Assembly: GCA_964016885.1 (NCBI GenBank)
Contig: OZ024749.1
Span: 13,020,001 to 13,084,000, forward strand
Origin: Eledone cirrhosa
Taxonomy: Eukaryota
Reading direction: 5' to 3'
Length of the DNA stretch: 64,000 nt
Of this stretch, positions 44,997 to 57,823 are shown in pieces. The position numbers were made by a program, and so were the translations under genes. The notes under the pieces were generated by a model. The model had not been told where the DNA came from and ran no database searches. It saw only the letters and a list, made by a program, of their open reading frames with translations. Numbering within the stretch: position 1 is the first letter of the stretch; every line of letters begins with the position of its first letter.

Positions 44997-45420
44997 AAAA
45001 TAGATACACTGATTCCTTTATATATATATATATATATATATATAAACACATACATATATATATGTATATATATATACGTACATATTCTGCTGACAATTGT
45101 AAAACAGATACTTCCATTTCATTCTTAATCAGAGGTTTCAAATAACGTATAGATTATATGTATATACACCACATACACGCATACATACAAAGACAGATAC
45201 ACGTATATATATATATATACATATATATTTGATATGTATGCATACATATATACATATATATTTAATATGTATTTATATATATATATTATATATATATATA
45301 TTCATATATATATAAATACACATATATACATTTACATATGTATATATGTGTATATATATGTGCATTTATATATACATATATACATATATATATATATGTG
45401 TGTGTATATATATATATATT

Positions 45421-45492
<72 letters not shown>

Positions 45493-45498
45493 AATATA

Positions 45499-45539
<41 letters not shown>

Positions 45540-45796
45540 TACATATATACACTATGTCGTCTATATTCGTATTTAATCGACTCCAGATGAAGGATAAAGT
45601 GTAGTAATGTACCTTGGTGTGATTTGAACCCAGAATTTCAAAAGATATGCATTATTGAATACCCCGGAGTTATTTAATCTCTTATTAATAATGTTTACTA
45701 GCATGGGACGGGGAGAGGGCTGTCATGGAGCCTGGAATTTGTAGGGGGTACGAGACTGATGTCCTGTAATAGACTCCACTACGTCAGTCTTCTTCT

Positions 45797-46168
45797 TCTT
45801 CAATGTTCATTTGGAAAGACATATAAGCGTGAAACTATACTAATATCATTTGTACTGCCTATCTGTTTTTTCTTCTCTGTTCATTTATTAAACTATATAT
45901 ATATGTATATATATATAGCGGGGAAGAGAGAGAAATAGATCCTTATTAGCATAGCAAATTATATTTTAAACAGCTCCGTAATCTTCAATGTTCATTTGGA
46001 AAGACATATATAAGCGTGAAACTAATACTTATATCATTTGTACTGCCTATCTGCTTTTTGTTCTCTGTTCATTTATTAAACTATTTATATATATATATAT
46101 ATAGCGGGGAAGAGAGAGAAATAGATCCTTATTAACTTATAGCAAATTATATTTTAAAGAGCTCCGTA
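45797..46168. repeat. ~185-bp tandem duplication
   Basis: TCTTCAATGTTCATTTGGAAAGAC..AGCTCCGTA at 45797 and 45982. Confidence 0.92.
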
Positions 46169-46342
46169 GTCTGTTGCTTCTTGGCGTTCTTTGTGGAGAC
46201 ATTTTAGGAAAGACTGTTTTACGGCAGAAAACACGTCATAACCCGCTTGCTAGTCCCACCGACATTATGACTGATACGTTCAAATATATATCATCCTTCC
46301 CTTAAGGGAACTCTCTTTCTAACTGTCATTAGTGTTAAAGCT

Positions 46343-46920
46343 GGTAGATCGGCAGTATCAGTAGAGAGTCAGACACCATGCTTTGATGCATAGTTACGGC
46401 CCTTTATGATTTCAAATCCCGCCTTTCATCCTTATGGGATCGATGAAATAAAGTACCAGTCACGCACTGAGATGGATTTAATCGACTTTCCTCTCCCCCA
46501 AAATTGCTGGCCTTGTGCCTAAATAAGAAATCATTAGTGTTAAAGCTGGTGGATTAGCAGTATCGGTAGAGAGTCGGACACGATGCTTTGCAGCATAGAG
46601 TTACGGCCCTTTATGATCTGAGTTCAAAACCCACCGAGGTCAACTTTGCCTTTCATCCTTACGGGGTCGATAAAATAAAGTACCAGTAATGCACTGGGTA
46701 ATTGCTGGCCATGTACCAAAAGTAGAAATAATTATTGTTGAAGATGTTAGGGCGGAAAGTTGGCAGAATCGGTAGAGCATCGGACAACCTGCTTTGTGGC
46801 ATAGAGTTATTGCCCTTTACGTTCTGAGTTCAAATCCCGCCGAGGTTACCTTTGCCTCTCATCATGAGAGGGTGAATGTAGTATCAGTAATGCACGGGGG
46901 TCGATTTAATTGACTTCTCT
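46343..46920 (+). mobile_element. Three head-to-tail tRNA-SINEs
   Basis: Heads at ~46343, ~46548, ~46752; TCATTAGTGTTAAAGCTGGT duplicated at 46326 and 46531. Confidence 0.9.
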
Positions 46921-46939
46921 ACTCTAAAGACTGTCTCAA

Positions 46940-47315
46940 CCATCCTGGTTTCCGTGGCCTGAATCTACTGAGTGTAGAAGACACTCCCATGGATAGGATG
47001 CCAGTCCATTGCAGGAGTTAACTCCCCAATTATTGATGGTACTTAATTTCAGCTAAGTACACTGGATCAACATGAAATGAAGTGTTTCGGTCAAGCACAA
47101 AACACGCAACGCCGTCCTGGTATCGTACCTACGGTAATATGATCTTAAGTCCAACACCTTTACAAGTAGTCCACACTAGACCCAGCCCTCAACAGGACAC
47201 CTCTCTATCGCAGGGTTAAGCCCACCAGCTGAGTATACTGGATCAAAGTGAAATGTAGTGTTTTGTTCAAGAACACAAGACATAACCCAGTCTAGGAACC
47301 AAACCTACGACATCG
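46940..47315 (-). mobile_element. Two copies of a second SINE family with a CORE-like segment
   Basis: Minus strand GTGTTCTTGAACAAAACACT (CORE-like) and CCTGCAATGGACTGGCATCCTATCCA..GGAAACC. Confidence 0.6.
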
Positions 47316-47559
47316 TCATCACCTTTACCACCACCGCCACGCCCCCCCCCCCTCTCCACCAAATTACTGGCCTTGTGCCTAAATCAGAAAACTTTATTGA
47401 AAAGGCTGTGTTATCCCCCTTCCTCTCCATCCACTACAGTTGTATATGTCTACCATCCCGCCATAACTGTCCTCTCCCCTCTCTCCCTCAGCAGTACCAA
47501 CCAGACAAACCATCACCATTTGCCACTGATAACCTTCTTTTAAATGCATATCTATACAT

Positions 47560-48170
47560 CGATGATGATGATGGTGGTGGAAGTGGTGATGGTAAAATTG
47601 GTGGGTGGTATTGGAAGTGGTGGTGGTGGGGATGGTGGTGATGGTGTTGTTTGAAGTGATGGTGATGGTGGTGGTGGAAGTGGTGATGGTGATGTCTTTC
47701 GAGATGGCAACGTTGATGGGTTGTGTTGGAAAGGGTGGGTGTTGGTGGTGGTGATGGTATTGGTGGTGGTGGTGGTGGTAGAAGTGAGGGCGGAATGAGG
47801 GATGGTGATGTTGTTGTTAGGGATGGTGGTGGTTGTGGTCGTGGTGGTGGTGTTGGTGGTTGTCATTGTGGCGGTGAAAATGGTGGTGGTGTTGTTGGTG
47901 GCGGTGAATATGGTAGTAGTAGTGGTCATAATGGTGGTGTGGTGGTAGTGGTCATAGTAGTAGTGTGGTGGTAGTGGTCATTGTGGTGGTAGTGATGATA
48001 GTGGTGGTGGTGTGGTGGTGTAGTGGTGGTGTGGTGGTGTGGTGATAGTGGTGGTATGGTGGTAGTGGTCATAATGGTGGTGTGGTGGTAGTGGTGATAG
48101 TAGTTGTGTGGTGGTAGTGGTCATAGTAGCGGTCTGGTGGTAGTAGTAGTGTGGTGGTAGTGGTGATATT
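47560..48170. repeat. (GGT)n low complexity
   Basis: Directly visible. Confidence 0.9.
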
Positions 48171-48559
48171 CAAGGTAGGTAAGGAAGAAGAGGGGGGGGG
48201 GTGTAGACAGAAAACATACGTCTCTTACATTCTCAGACATCGTCGGTCACGAATACACATCTATTTATACACACACGTATATATATATATGTGTATGTGT
48301 GTGTGTGTGTGTGTGTCTGTGCGTGTGCGCGCGTTTGTGTATGTATGTATAGATATAATTTTATATTTCTATATACACACACATCCCCACAAACATGCAC
48401 GCAAATATATATATATATATGCAAAAGTTCTATTTAAATTGTTGTGATACAACAAGCAAATATTTTTATAACTGATATAAAGCACTCAACAAATATTTGG
48501 AGTAAAATAAATATGGTTTTATAAATATAGTTTCCATTTGCTAATATCGTATATATATA

Positions 48560-48790
48560 TATATATATATTTAAAAAAATAGAGGTGTAACACACAAGTT
48601 GTGATATATTAGTAAAAGGAAAAGAAAATGCTGACAAATTTTTCCCAGTGAAAAATAGTTTAATTAGGAATAAGTATAAATTAGTAATAAGTATTGGTTA
48701 GTATTCAGTTTTAGTTTTAAGTTTTTACCGGTTGCGCATTTCTATGGGAAAAATTTGTCAGCATTTTCTTTTCCTTTTACTAATATATAT
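48560..48790. mobile_element. Dispersed AT-rich repeat with terminal inversion (homologue 58414-58590, opposite strand)
   Basis: 48604-48654 inverted at 48745-48788; body matches 58414-58590. Confidence 0.75.
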
Positions 48791-49289
48791 ATATAGATAT
48801 ATATAACGAAGGAAATGTGGTAAGGAACCAGGTGGACCATAACGCACCAAAGTACTCAATACTTAGGGTAGTAGAGTGGGTAATAGGAACAAGTAAGACC
48901 CCGACGGCTGAGCTCAAGCCGTTTCGACGGCTAATTCTGTATATATATATATATTCTTGCTCACATTAATTTCTCTATTTTCCTTTATATTATATATATA
49001 TATATATAAAATTGAAAAAGTGGAGAATAACATGGTCAACAGTACAAAAAAGGGATTTATTTGCAGTCTAACAATTGTTTCACTGATAGAGTTGTCTAAA
49101 AATTGCTGAACATTAAAAACAGTGCCACTCAATTTTAAATACGATGTTAATTCTACTAGATCATCGGAAACTGTTAAAATAATATCCTTTTTTGTACTGT
49201 TGACCATGTTATTCCCCACTTTTTCAATTTTATTACTCCAAGAAAAACTTACATAGGAATACAAGTGAAATCATAAACTTGTCATCTCC

Positions 49290-49514
49290 GTAAACCTCTT
49301 GTTGAGTCAACAACGCCGTACGCTAAAACTATCCATAATAACAAGTATTCACAACCTCTAACTGGATTACCTATAACAATATTTTATTATCCTTTATATA
49401 TATATATAAAGGATAATAAAATATCGTTATAGGTAATCCAGTTAGAGGTTGTGAATACTTGTTATTATGGATAGTTTTAACGTACGGCGTTGCTTTACTC
49501 AACAAGAGGTTTAC
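49290..49514. repeat. ~105-bp-arm inverted repeat centred on (TA)n, upstream of a hammerhead
   Basis: GTAAACCTCTTGTTGAGT..ATCCTT(TA)nAAGGAT..ACTCAACAAGAGGTTTAC. Confidence 0.93.
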
Positions 49515-49581
49515 ATATGTCCCAAGGCTCTGATACCATCAACACTATAAACACAGAGCTGGCATATCTAAGAACTGATTA

Positions 49582-49637
49582 ACTGCCTGATGAGGTCATA
49601 GCCATTCAATGGCTATCATCGAAATATATATAGCAGT
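49582..49637 (+). ncRNA. Type-I hammerhead ribozyme with palindromic stem III
   Basis: ACTGC-CTGATGA-GGT c ATAGCCAT tca ATGGCTAT c ATC-GAA-ATATATAT-A-GCAGT. Confidence 0.85.
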
Positions 49638-49706
49638 AAATTAAGGATTATGAGTTCATGCAATTTACTTACGTTTCGTCACTATATATATATATATATA
49701 TATATA

Positions 49707-50418
49707 TGAAAAAGTAAGTCCTTCATCAGTGACCCTCCAACCGTCATAGGCATTTCATCGCTTTAAGGGCCATATACCTCAGGTTGGTGCGAACAACGGC
49801 TAAAAAAAGTCGTTGGGACACGTAAATAAAGGGGACGTTAGGGTGAACAAACAAAATGGTTTAAGCAACAGAAAGTGAGAAGAAAGAGACAAGTCCCAGA
49901 TTTCTATGAATATAAACTCGGTGAAATCGTGAACAAGAGAATAAAGACCATCAAACCTGGTTGAAATGTGAGCAAGGAAGGAATCTCGCACAGGTCTAAC
50001 AGGGGGAAGAAGAAGGTGTCTGGTCTGCGAATTCGGTAAACATAAGTTCTGTGAAGTCGCAGACGAGAGAGAGAGAGAGAGAGAGAAAAAAAATTCATAC
50101 CGGCTTGGCCAAGAACAAGCGAGAAAAGAAATCGGACAGGTCAAACGGGAAGAAAGTGGAGGAAAGAGGAGGAAGAGGAGAGGTAGTGACAGAGAATGAG
50201 TGAGTGAAAGTTGAGGAGGAGGCTAACAGAGAGAGAGACTGCTAGAAAGGGTAAAGATACAAAGAGAGAAACAGACGGGTGGCAGCAGAGGAAAAAATAT
50301 ATGTGTAAATATGATAATAATGGAGCTGCGGCGTTGCAAATGGGTTACATATGAAAAATAAGTCCTTCATCAGTGACCCTCCAACCGTCCTAGGCATTTC
50401 ATCGCTTTAAGGGCCATA
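49707..50418 (-). mobile_element. Non-coding partial-tandem element (644-bp unit) bounded by two copies of a hammerhead-core motif
   Basis: AAGTCCTTCATCAGTGACCCTCCAACCGTC at 49716 and 50360; flanked by (TA)n. Confidence 0.85.
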
Positions 50419-50870
50419 TATATATGTATATAATATATATGTATATATATATGTATATATACATATATATGTATATATATATGTGTATACATATATATGT
50501 ATATATAGCAACAATGAAATGTTCATGTATATATATATGTGTATATATATATGTATATATGTATATATATATGTATATATATGTACATATATATGTATAT
50601 ATATATATGTATATATATATATGTATATATATGTATATATATATATGTATATATATATACATGCATATATATATATGTATATATATATGTATATAATATA
50701 TGTATATATATGTATATTTATATATGTATATATATGTATATTTATATATGTATATATATGTATATTTATGTATGTATATATATATGCATATATATATATA
50801 TATATGTATATATATTTATATATGTATATATATGTATATATATTTATATATGTATATATATATATGTATA

Positions 50871-50923
<53 letters not shown>

Positions 50924-50983
50924 ATATATGTATATATATATATGTATGGATACATATATATGTTTATATATATGTATGTATAT

Positions 50984-51026
<43 letters not shown>

Positions 51027-51112
51027 TATATGCATATATATATATACATGTATATATACATACACATATATATATATGCATATATATATATATGTATGTA
51101 TATATATATATG

Positions 51113-51143
<31 letters not shown>

Positions 51144-51357
51144 GTGTATGTATATATACATGTATATATATATGTATGTATATATACATGTATATATATA
51201 TACATATATATATATACATATACATATATATATATATGTATATATATATACATATATATATATACACATACATATATATATATATGCATATACATATATA
51301 TATACATATACATATATATATATATATATATGCATATACATATATATATATATGCAT

Positions 51358-52088
51358 CTTCTACGGTTAGCTCTACTCTTTGTTGTTATCCTGTCTTACT
51401 CGCTTTACGCGTTTTAATTCTCCTAATAACTTAATTTAGTTATTATTGCACCGACGTGAGGTATATGATTTTTAATGCAATGAAATATCTATGATCGTCG
51501 GCAAATCACTGATGAGGGACTTATTTTATTACATGTTATCCATGTGCTACCAGCAGTATTTTTCTTCCCATTTTATCACATATATTTACCTAAACTGCGA
51601 TTCTGTTTTTTTCTCTCTCTCTTACTGCTCCCTCATTCTCTCTGTTTCTCCTACTTTCTTTCGCCCCCTCTGTCATGTCAGTTAACTCTTCCTCATACTT
51701 CCACTCACTCACTCACTGTTTCTCCTCTCCTGACTTCACCCCGTTCGCGACGAAAGCAATTTCTCTCTTTCTCACATTGCATTCGTTCGCGAAAGGTCTT
51801 TTTTCTAAGCACTCATATATTCACCTAGCTTATGCTAACAGAATAACTATGAAGCTTGTTTCCTTCCTTCTACGGTTAGCTCTACTCTTTGTTGTTATCC
51901 TGTCTCACTCGCTTTACGCGTTTTAATTGTCCTAATAACTTAATTTAGTTATTATTGCACCGTCGTGAGGTATATGATTTTTAATGCAATGAAATATCTA
52001 TGATCGTCGGCAAATCACTGATGAGGGACTTATTTTATTACATGTTATCCATGTGCTACCAGCAGTATTTTTCTCCCCATTTTATCAT
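51358..52088 (+). mobile_element. Diverged partial-tandem element (509-bp unit, ~220-bp terminal direct repeats) with the same motif
   Basis: CTTCTACGGTTAGCTCTAC at 51358 and 51867; motif at 51451-51522 and 51960-52031. Confidence 0.85.
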
Positions 52089-52199
52089 ATATATATATAT
52101 ATATGTGAAGTAATTCCGTCGGAAAGGCCCAGGAAAAAAGAGTGCTCTATCTAGGTTACAGAGCTTAATAGTTATGTAATAAACAACATAAGGCAATTA

Positions 52200-52260
52200 T
52201 TTCATTTACCAGTGGTTTCTTGAAAGCAAACAAATTTTGCTTTCAATCATCAGAATGAAA
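52200..52260 (-). ncRNA. Type-I hammerhead ribozyme (left arm of inverted repeat 52168-52452)
   Basis: TTTCATT-CTGATGA-TTGAAAGCAAA atttg TTTGCTTTCAA-GAA-ACC act GGT-A-AATGAAA. Confidence 0.9.
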
Positions 52261-52359
52261 AAATCCTGGTGTATTTATTGACATTGGATTTTTGTTTTTT
52301 TAATATTTTTTTTATATTTTTGTTTTTTGAAATCCAATGTCAATAAATACACCAGGATT

Positions 52360-52420
52360 TTTCATTCTGATGATTCAAAGCAAAATTTGTTTGCTTTCAA
52401 GAAACCACTGGTAAATGAAA
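52360..52420 (+). ncRNA. Type-I hammerhead ribozyme (right arm)
   Basis: Same motif with one C-C mismatch in stem II; GUA cleavage triplet. Confidence 0.88.
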
Positions 52421-52466
52421 TAATTGCCTTATGTTGTTTATTACATAACTATATATATATATATGC

Positions 52467-52525
<59 letters not shown>

Positions 52526-52534
52526 TACATATAT

Positions 52535-52595
<61 letters not shown>

Positions 52596-52662
52596 TTGTG
52601 AGGTTTTTGATATGAAATCGGGTGCCGAAACAAATATTGTTTTACTTGGGGAGAAGACAAAA

Positions 52663-52693
<31 letters not shown>

Positions 52694-52744
52694 ACAGATT
52701 AAATAAAGATGGCGTAGACTTAAAATACAACAGGAGGAAACATA

Positions 52745-52798
52745 ATAGTACCACTGATGATGTTGCAGATGTGCAACGAAAGAACTTTGTTAGACTAT
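52745..52798 (+). ncRNA. Degenerate hammerhead-like motif
   Basis: ACCA-CTGATGA-t-GTTGCA gatg TGCAAC-GAA-AG aa CT-T-TGTT; weak stems I and III. Confidence 0.5.
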
Positions 52799-53195
52799 AT
52801 ATATATATATGTTTGTGTCTATATTATATCTGTATTTTTGACCGTTGGTCAGTCAGTGGTAAACATTGAGGACCGAATAAATTAACTGATACAAAAGATA
52901 CAGAAGCGAAAACCAACCAAACAGTGTGTTCTGATAATTATTCTGGCAATATTATTACAACAATATGACCCTATATATATATGACCATGTATATATATGT
53001 GTATATATATATATATGTATATATATATGTATATATGTGTATATATATATATGTATATATATGTATATATATATATGTATATGTATATATATATGTATAT
53101 ATGTATATGTATATATATATATGTATATGTATATATATATGTATGTATATATATGTATATGTATATATATATGTATGTATATATATATGTATATA

Positions 53196-53359
<164 letters not shown>

Positions 53360-54042
53360 TATATATATACATTATGAAGAGAGAAGAAACATTTAGATAT
53401 AATTAGTAATAAAATGTATCATACCTAAACTGCTCCTAAATTCCTCGACTACGTAGTTTCGTGGCATAAACAAAAACAATATATCATAAAGATATAGAGT
53501 CCATGCGAGGTCTGCCGACTTATCAAGAGGATACCTCATTTTACTAGTCTCAAGAACGCGTCTACACGACGTGAGAAAGAATCCCAAAAGGCGGAGGGGG
53601 AGATAGTCACGCGATATAACGGTCGAGAAACAGAGCTAAGCCTCTTATAACCACGAAGAAAATACCACGGAGGCGGAGGGGGTATTCATATCGAGGCCGC
53701 AGAAGAGGTGGTGAAGAAGGCTAGAAGTATGAGTAATGGAAGCTTTCCAGTTGTCCCCACACCTCAAAGATTGCTCGACCAGAGGGAGTTATTAACAATA
53801 TATTTAGAAACACACATACATGCGGACACACACATATATACATGAATGCATCCGCACCCAACTGTGAGTTAAGGGTGCCAACTTCACCGATGTTGCTCAA
53901 TGAATGACCGGGACAGACCAATTCAGTTGAACTAGACTGAACCAGTATCAGAGTTAAAAATATTTATATATGTATATATACATATATATCTATATCTATT
54001 TATATATATATATGTATATATACATATATATCTATATCTATC

Positions 54043-54074
<32 letters not shown>

Positions 54075-54134
54075 TATCTATATCTATTTATATATATATA
54101 TGTATATATACATATATATCTCTATCTATCTATC

Positions 54135-54166
<32 letters not shown>

Positions 54167-54186
54167 TATCTATATCTATCTATATA

Positions 54187-54271
<85 letters not shown>

Positions 54272-54371
54272 ATATATACATATATAATCGTATTACCATA
54301 TATATATATACATATAAGGATGTGTGTGTAAATGATTAGTTGTTTGTATGTAAATATGTCTGTATATATGT

Positions 54372-55083
54372 ATGCATGATTATATATGTGTATGCATGAT
54401 TATATATGTGTATGCATGATTATATATGTGTATGTATGCATTATATGTGTGTATGTTTGCATCATTATATGTGTGTGTGTCTGCATCATTATATGTGTGT
54501 GTTTGCATCATTATATGTGTGTGTGTCTGCATCATTATATGTGTGTGTGTCTGCATCATTATGTGTGTGTGTGTCTGCATCATTATATGTGTGTGTTTGC
54601 ATCATTATATGTGTGTGTGTCTGCATCATTATATGTGTGTGTGTCTGCATCATTATGTGTGTGTGTGTCTGCATCATTATATGTGTGTGTCTGCATCATT
54701 ATATGTGTGTATGTGTGTGTGTCTGCATCATTATATGTGTGTATGTTTGCATCATTATATGTGTGTGTGTCTGCATCATTATATGTGTGTGTCTGCATCA
54801 TTATATGTGTGTATGTGTGCGTGTCTGCATCATTATATGTGTGTGTGTCTGCATCATTATATGTGTGTGTGTCTGCATCATTATATGTGTGTGTGTCTGC
54901 ATCATTATGTGTGTGTGTGTCTGCATCATTATATGTGTGTGTGTCTGCATCATTATGTGTGTGTGTGTCTGCATCATTATATGTGTGTGTGTCTGCATCA
55001 TTATGTGTGTGTGTGTCTGCATCATTATGTGTGTGTGTGTCTGCATCATTATGTGTGTGTGTCTGCATCATTATGTGTGTGTG
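54372..55083. repeat. 22-24-bp minisatellite (CTGCATCATTATATGTGTGTGTGT)
   Basis: Directly visible. Confidence 0.93.
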
Positions 55084-55837
55084 TTCTGGTACTTTCAAAT
55101 GTCTCACCAATGGGGAAAGAGTTGGTTACTAACCTAGAAATGAGTCTTTCATTGGAATTTAGAAAACATTAACTGGATAGTCGTGTGTATATACTTATAT
55201 ACTTAAGTATGTATGTATGTTTATTTAAATATGTATGTATGTTTCTTTATTTATATATGTATATATGTATGCGTGTATGTATGTATATTTATTTATATAT
55301 GTATGTATATATATTTATTTATATATATATATCTATATATGTATGTGTCTATGAGGGTGTATGTATGTATGAATGTGTATGTATGTAAGAATGCATGTAT
55401 GTGTGAGTGTGTGTATGTATGTATATGTATGTATGTATATGTACGTGCATATATATGTTTGTATCTATGTTTATTTGTATATAAGTCTGTCTTTATGTAT
55501 GTATGTATGTATGTATGTATGTATGTATGTATGTGAGAATCGTATGTGTGTGAATATATATTTTGAAAAATGTTTATATGTACATATCCCTACATTTGAT
55601 AGCATGTTTGTATATGCTAAATATCTGGAATGTTTTCCAGATTTTCACAGTGCCATTATCGTGGGCTGTAGCTGTGATGTCCTCAGTAGCTAAACTCCAT
55701 CTCTGTGTTTGTGGATTGCATATATTCTCAAGCTAGTAACTGAAGCAGTTCGCCTGTTACTCCTACAAAATCTACCCACCCCATCAATTACACGTATAAT
55801 TCAAAGATCTTATTCCGTCTGTATATTTCTTTAATAG

Positions 55838-55987
55838 TCGGTGAATTGTCAGAATCGTTGGAGCGTCGAAGGGAATGAATTGTGGCATTCGTTCCGGCTC
55901 TCTGAGTTCAAATCCTGCCGAGGTCAACTTTGCCTTTCATCCTTTCATGGTCGATAAAAAAATTCCAGTCAAGTACTGGGGTCAATT
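55838..55987 (+). mobile_element. tRNA-SINE
   Basis: GAGTTCAAATCCTGCCGAGGTCAACTTTGCCTTTCATCC. Confidence 0.88.
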
Positions 55988-56032
55988 CTTCTTTTCAATA
56001 TGGTGTCCCTACGACTCCCCAAGAGTTACGGC

Positions 56033-56578
56033 TCCATACCATCATACCATACCATCATACCATCATACCATACCATGCCATCATACCATACCATGCCATC
56101 ATACCATACCATGCCATCATACCATACCATGCCATCATACCATACCATGCCATCATACCATACCATACCATACCAAACCATACCATACCATACCACACCA
56201 TGCCATCATACCATACCATCATACCATACCATCATGCCATACCATACCATACCATACCAGACCATACCAAACCATGCCATCATACCATACCACACCATGA
56301 TACCATACCATGCCATCATACCATACCATACCACACCATACCATACCATCATACCATACCATACCATGCCATCATACCATACCACACCATATCATACCAT
56401 ATCATCCCATACCATCATACCATATCATACAGTACCATACCATCACATCACACCATACCATATCATCCCATACCATACCATCATACCACACCATCATACC
56501 ATACCATCATACCATACCATCATACCATACCAGACTACACTACACCACACCAGACCACACCAGACCACACCATACCAT
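56033..56578. repeat. (CCATA)n degenerate pentamer repeat
   Basis: Directly visible. Confidence 0.9.
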
Positions 56579-56706
56579 ATAGATTAGCATTGGTGTTATT
56601 GTTATTGGTCCCCGACATACAGCATCATATAGATTAGCATTTGGAGCTATTGTTATTGGTCCTCGACATACAGCATCATATAGATTAGCATTTGGAGCTA
56701 TTGTCC
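56576..56706 (+). repeat. ~2.5 units of the 50-bp satellite
   Basis: CATATAGATTAGCATT..GGTCCCCGACATACAGCAT as at 61980-63465. Confidence 0.9.
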
Positions 56707-56961
56707 ATGGTCTTAGACCCTCCACAGCGAGGAGGGGAAAAGGCCATACATGTATGCATGCATTTATATGTGTGTATGTGTGTTAGTATGTGTGTGTGTG
56801 TATATGTGTCTGTATGTGTGAGCATGTTCAAACACATGCATGGACACAGGAACACACGCATTCGCGAAAACATTCGTATGTTTTTGAATGTACATGGGCG
56901 TATATAATGGTGTGTCTACGTGGGCGTGTGTGTATGTATGTGTGTGTGTGTGTTTATATGA

Positions 56962-57004
<43 letters not shown>

Positions 57005-57448
57005 AATACGTATGTGTATATGTATGGATGTACGTATGTGTATATGTATGTGTATGTATGGATGCATGTGTCTGTGTATGTATGTGAGTATAATTATGTG
57101 TTCGTTTGAATATGCGTATGCGTGTTGTTTGTGATTTGCATTAGGTCTGACCTCCGAGCCCTCCATGTTCCTCGTCACGCTAGATGTGACGAGCTGTGCT
57201 AAAGTTATTAAAACCTCTTACCCATGATGCAACGCGGGCTGACATTTCTTTCATTGTCAACAGATCTGAAGTCACGCTGACTGACAATGAGGCTGGCTTG
57301 CATCATTTCAGACGAGGTTATATTTAACCTCATACATACATATATACATACATACATACATACACACATATATACATATGTACATACACATATATATACA
57401 TACACATATATATATACATACATACATATACATAAATACATACATACA

Positions 57449-57486
<38 letters not shown>

Positions 57487-57754
57487 CGGACATAATTACA
57501 TAGATACATATATACATATATATAAGCTTACACTTATACGCACATACATACATGTATGTGCGTATAAGTGTATCCCGTATTATTTATAAGACCACCAACA
57601 TGTCATGTTACAACTTTTTTTATGCATCTGTACATATGTACATACATATATACAAATGTACATGTACACATGTATGTATAATTATATATATATATGTATA
57701 TATAAACACACACATACACACACACATGCACGCACATACACAAACACACACACA

Positions 57755-57823
<69 letters not shown>

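Noticed and set aside
49713-49787. C/D snoRNA or twister reading of the motif
   Set aside because: No proper C box with terminal stem and no twister pseudoknot segments; the hammerhead register explains the covariation better
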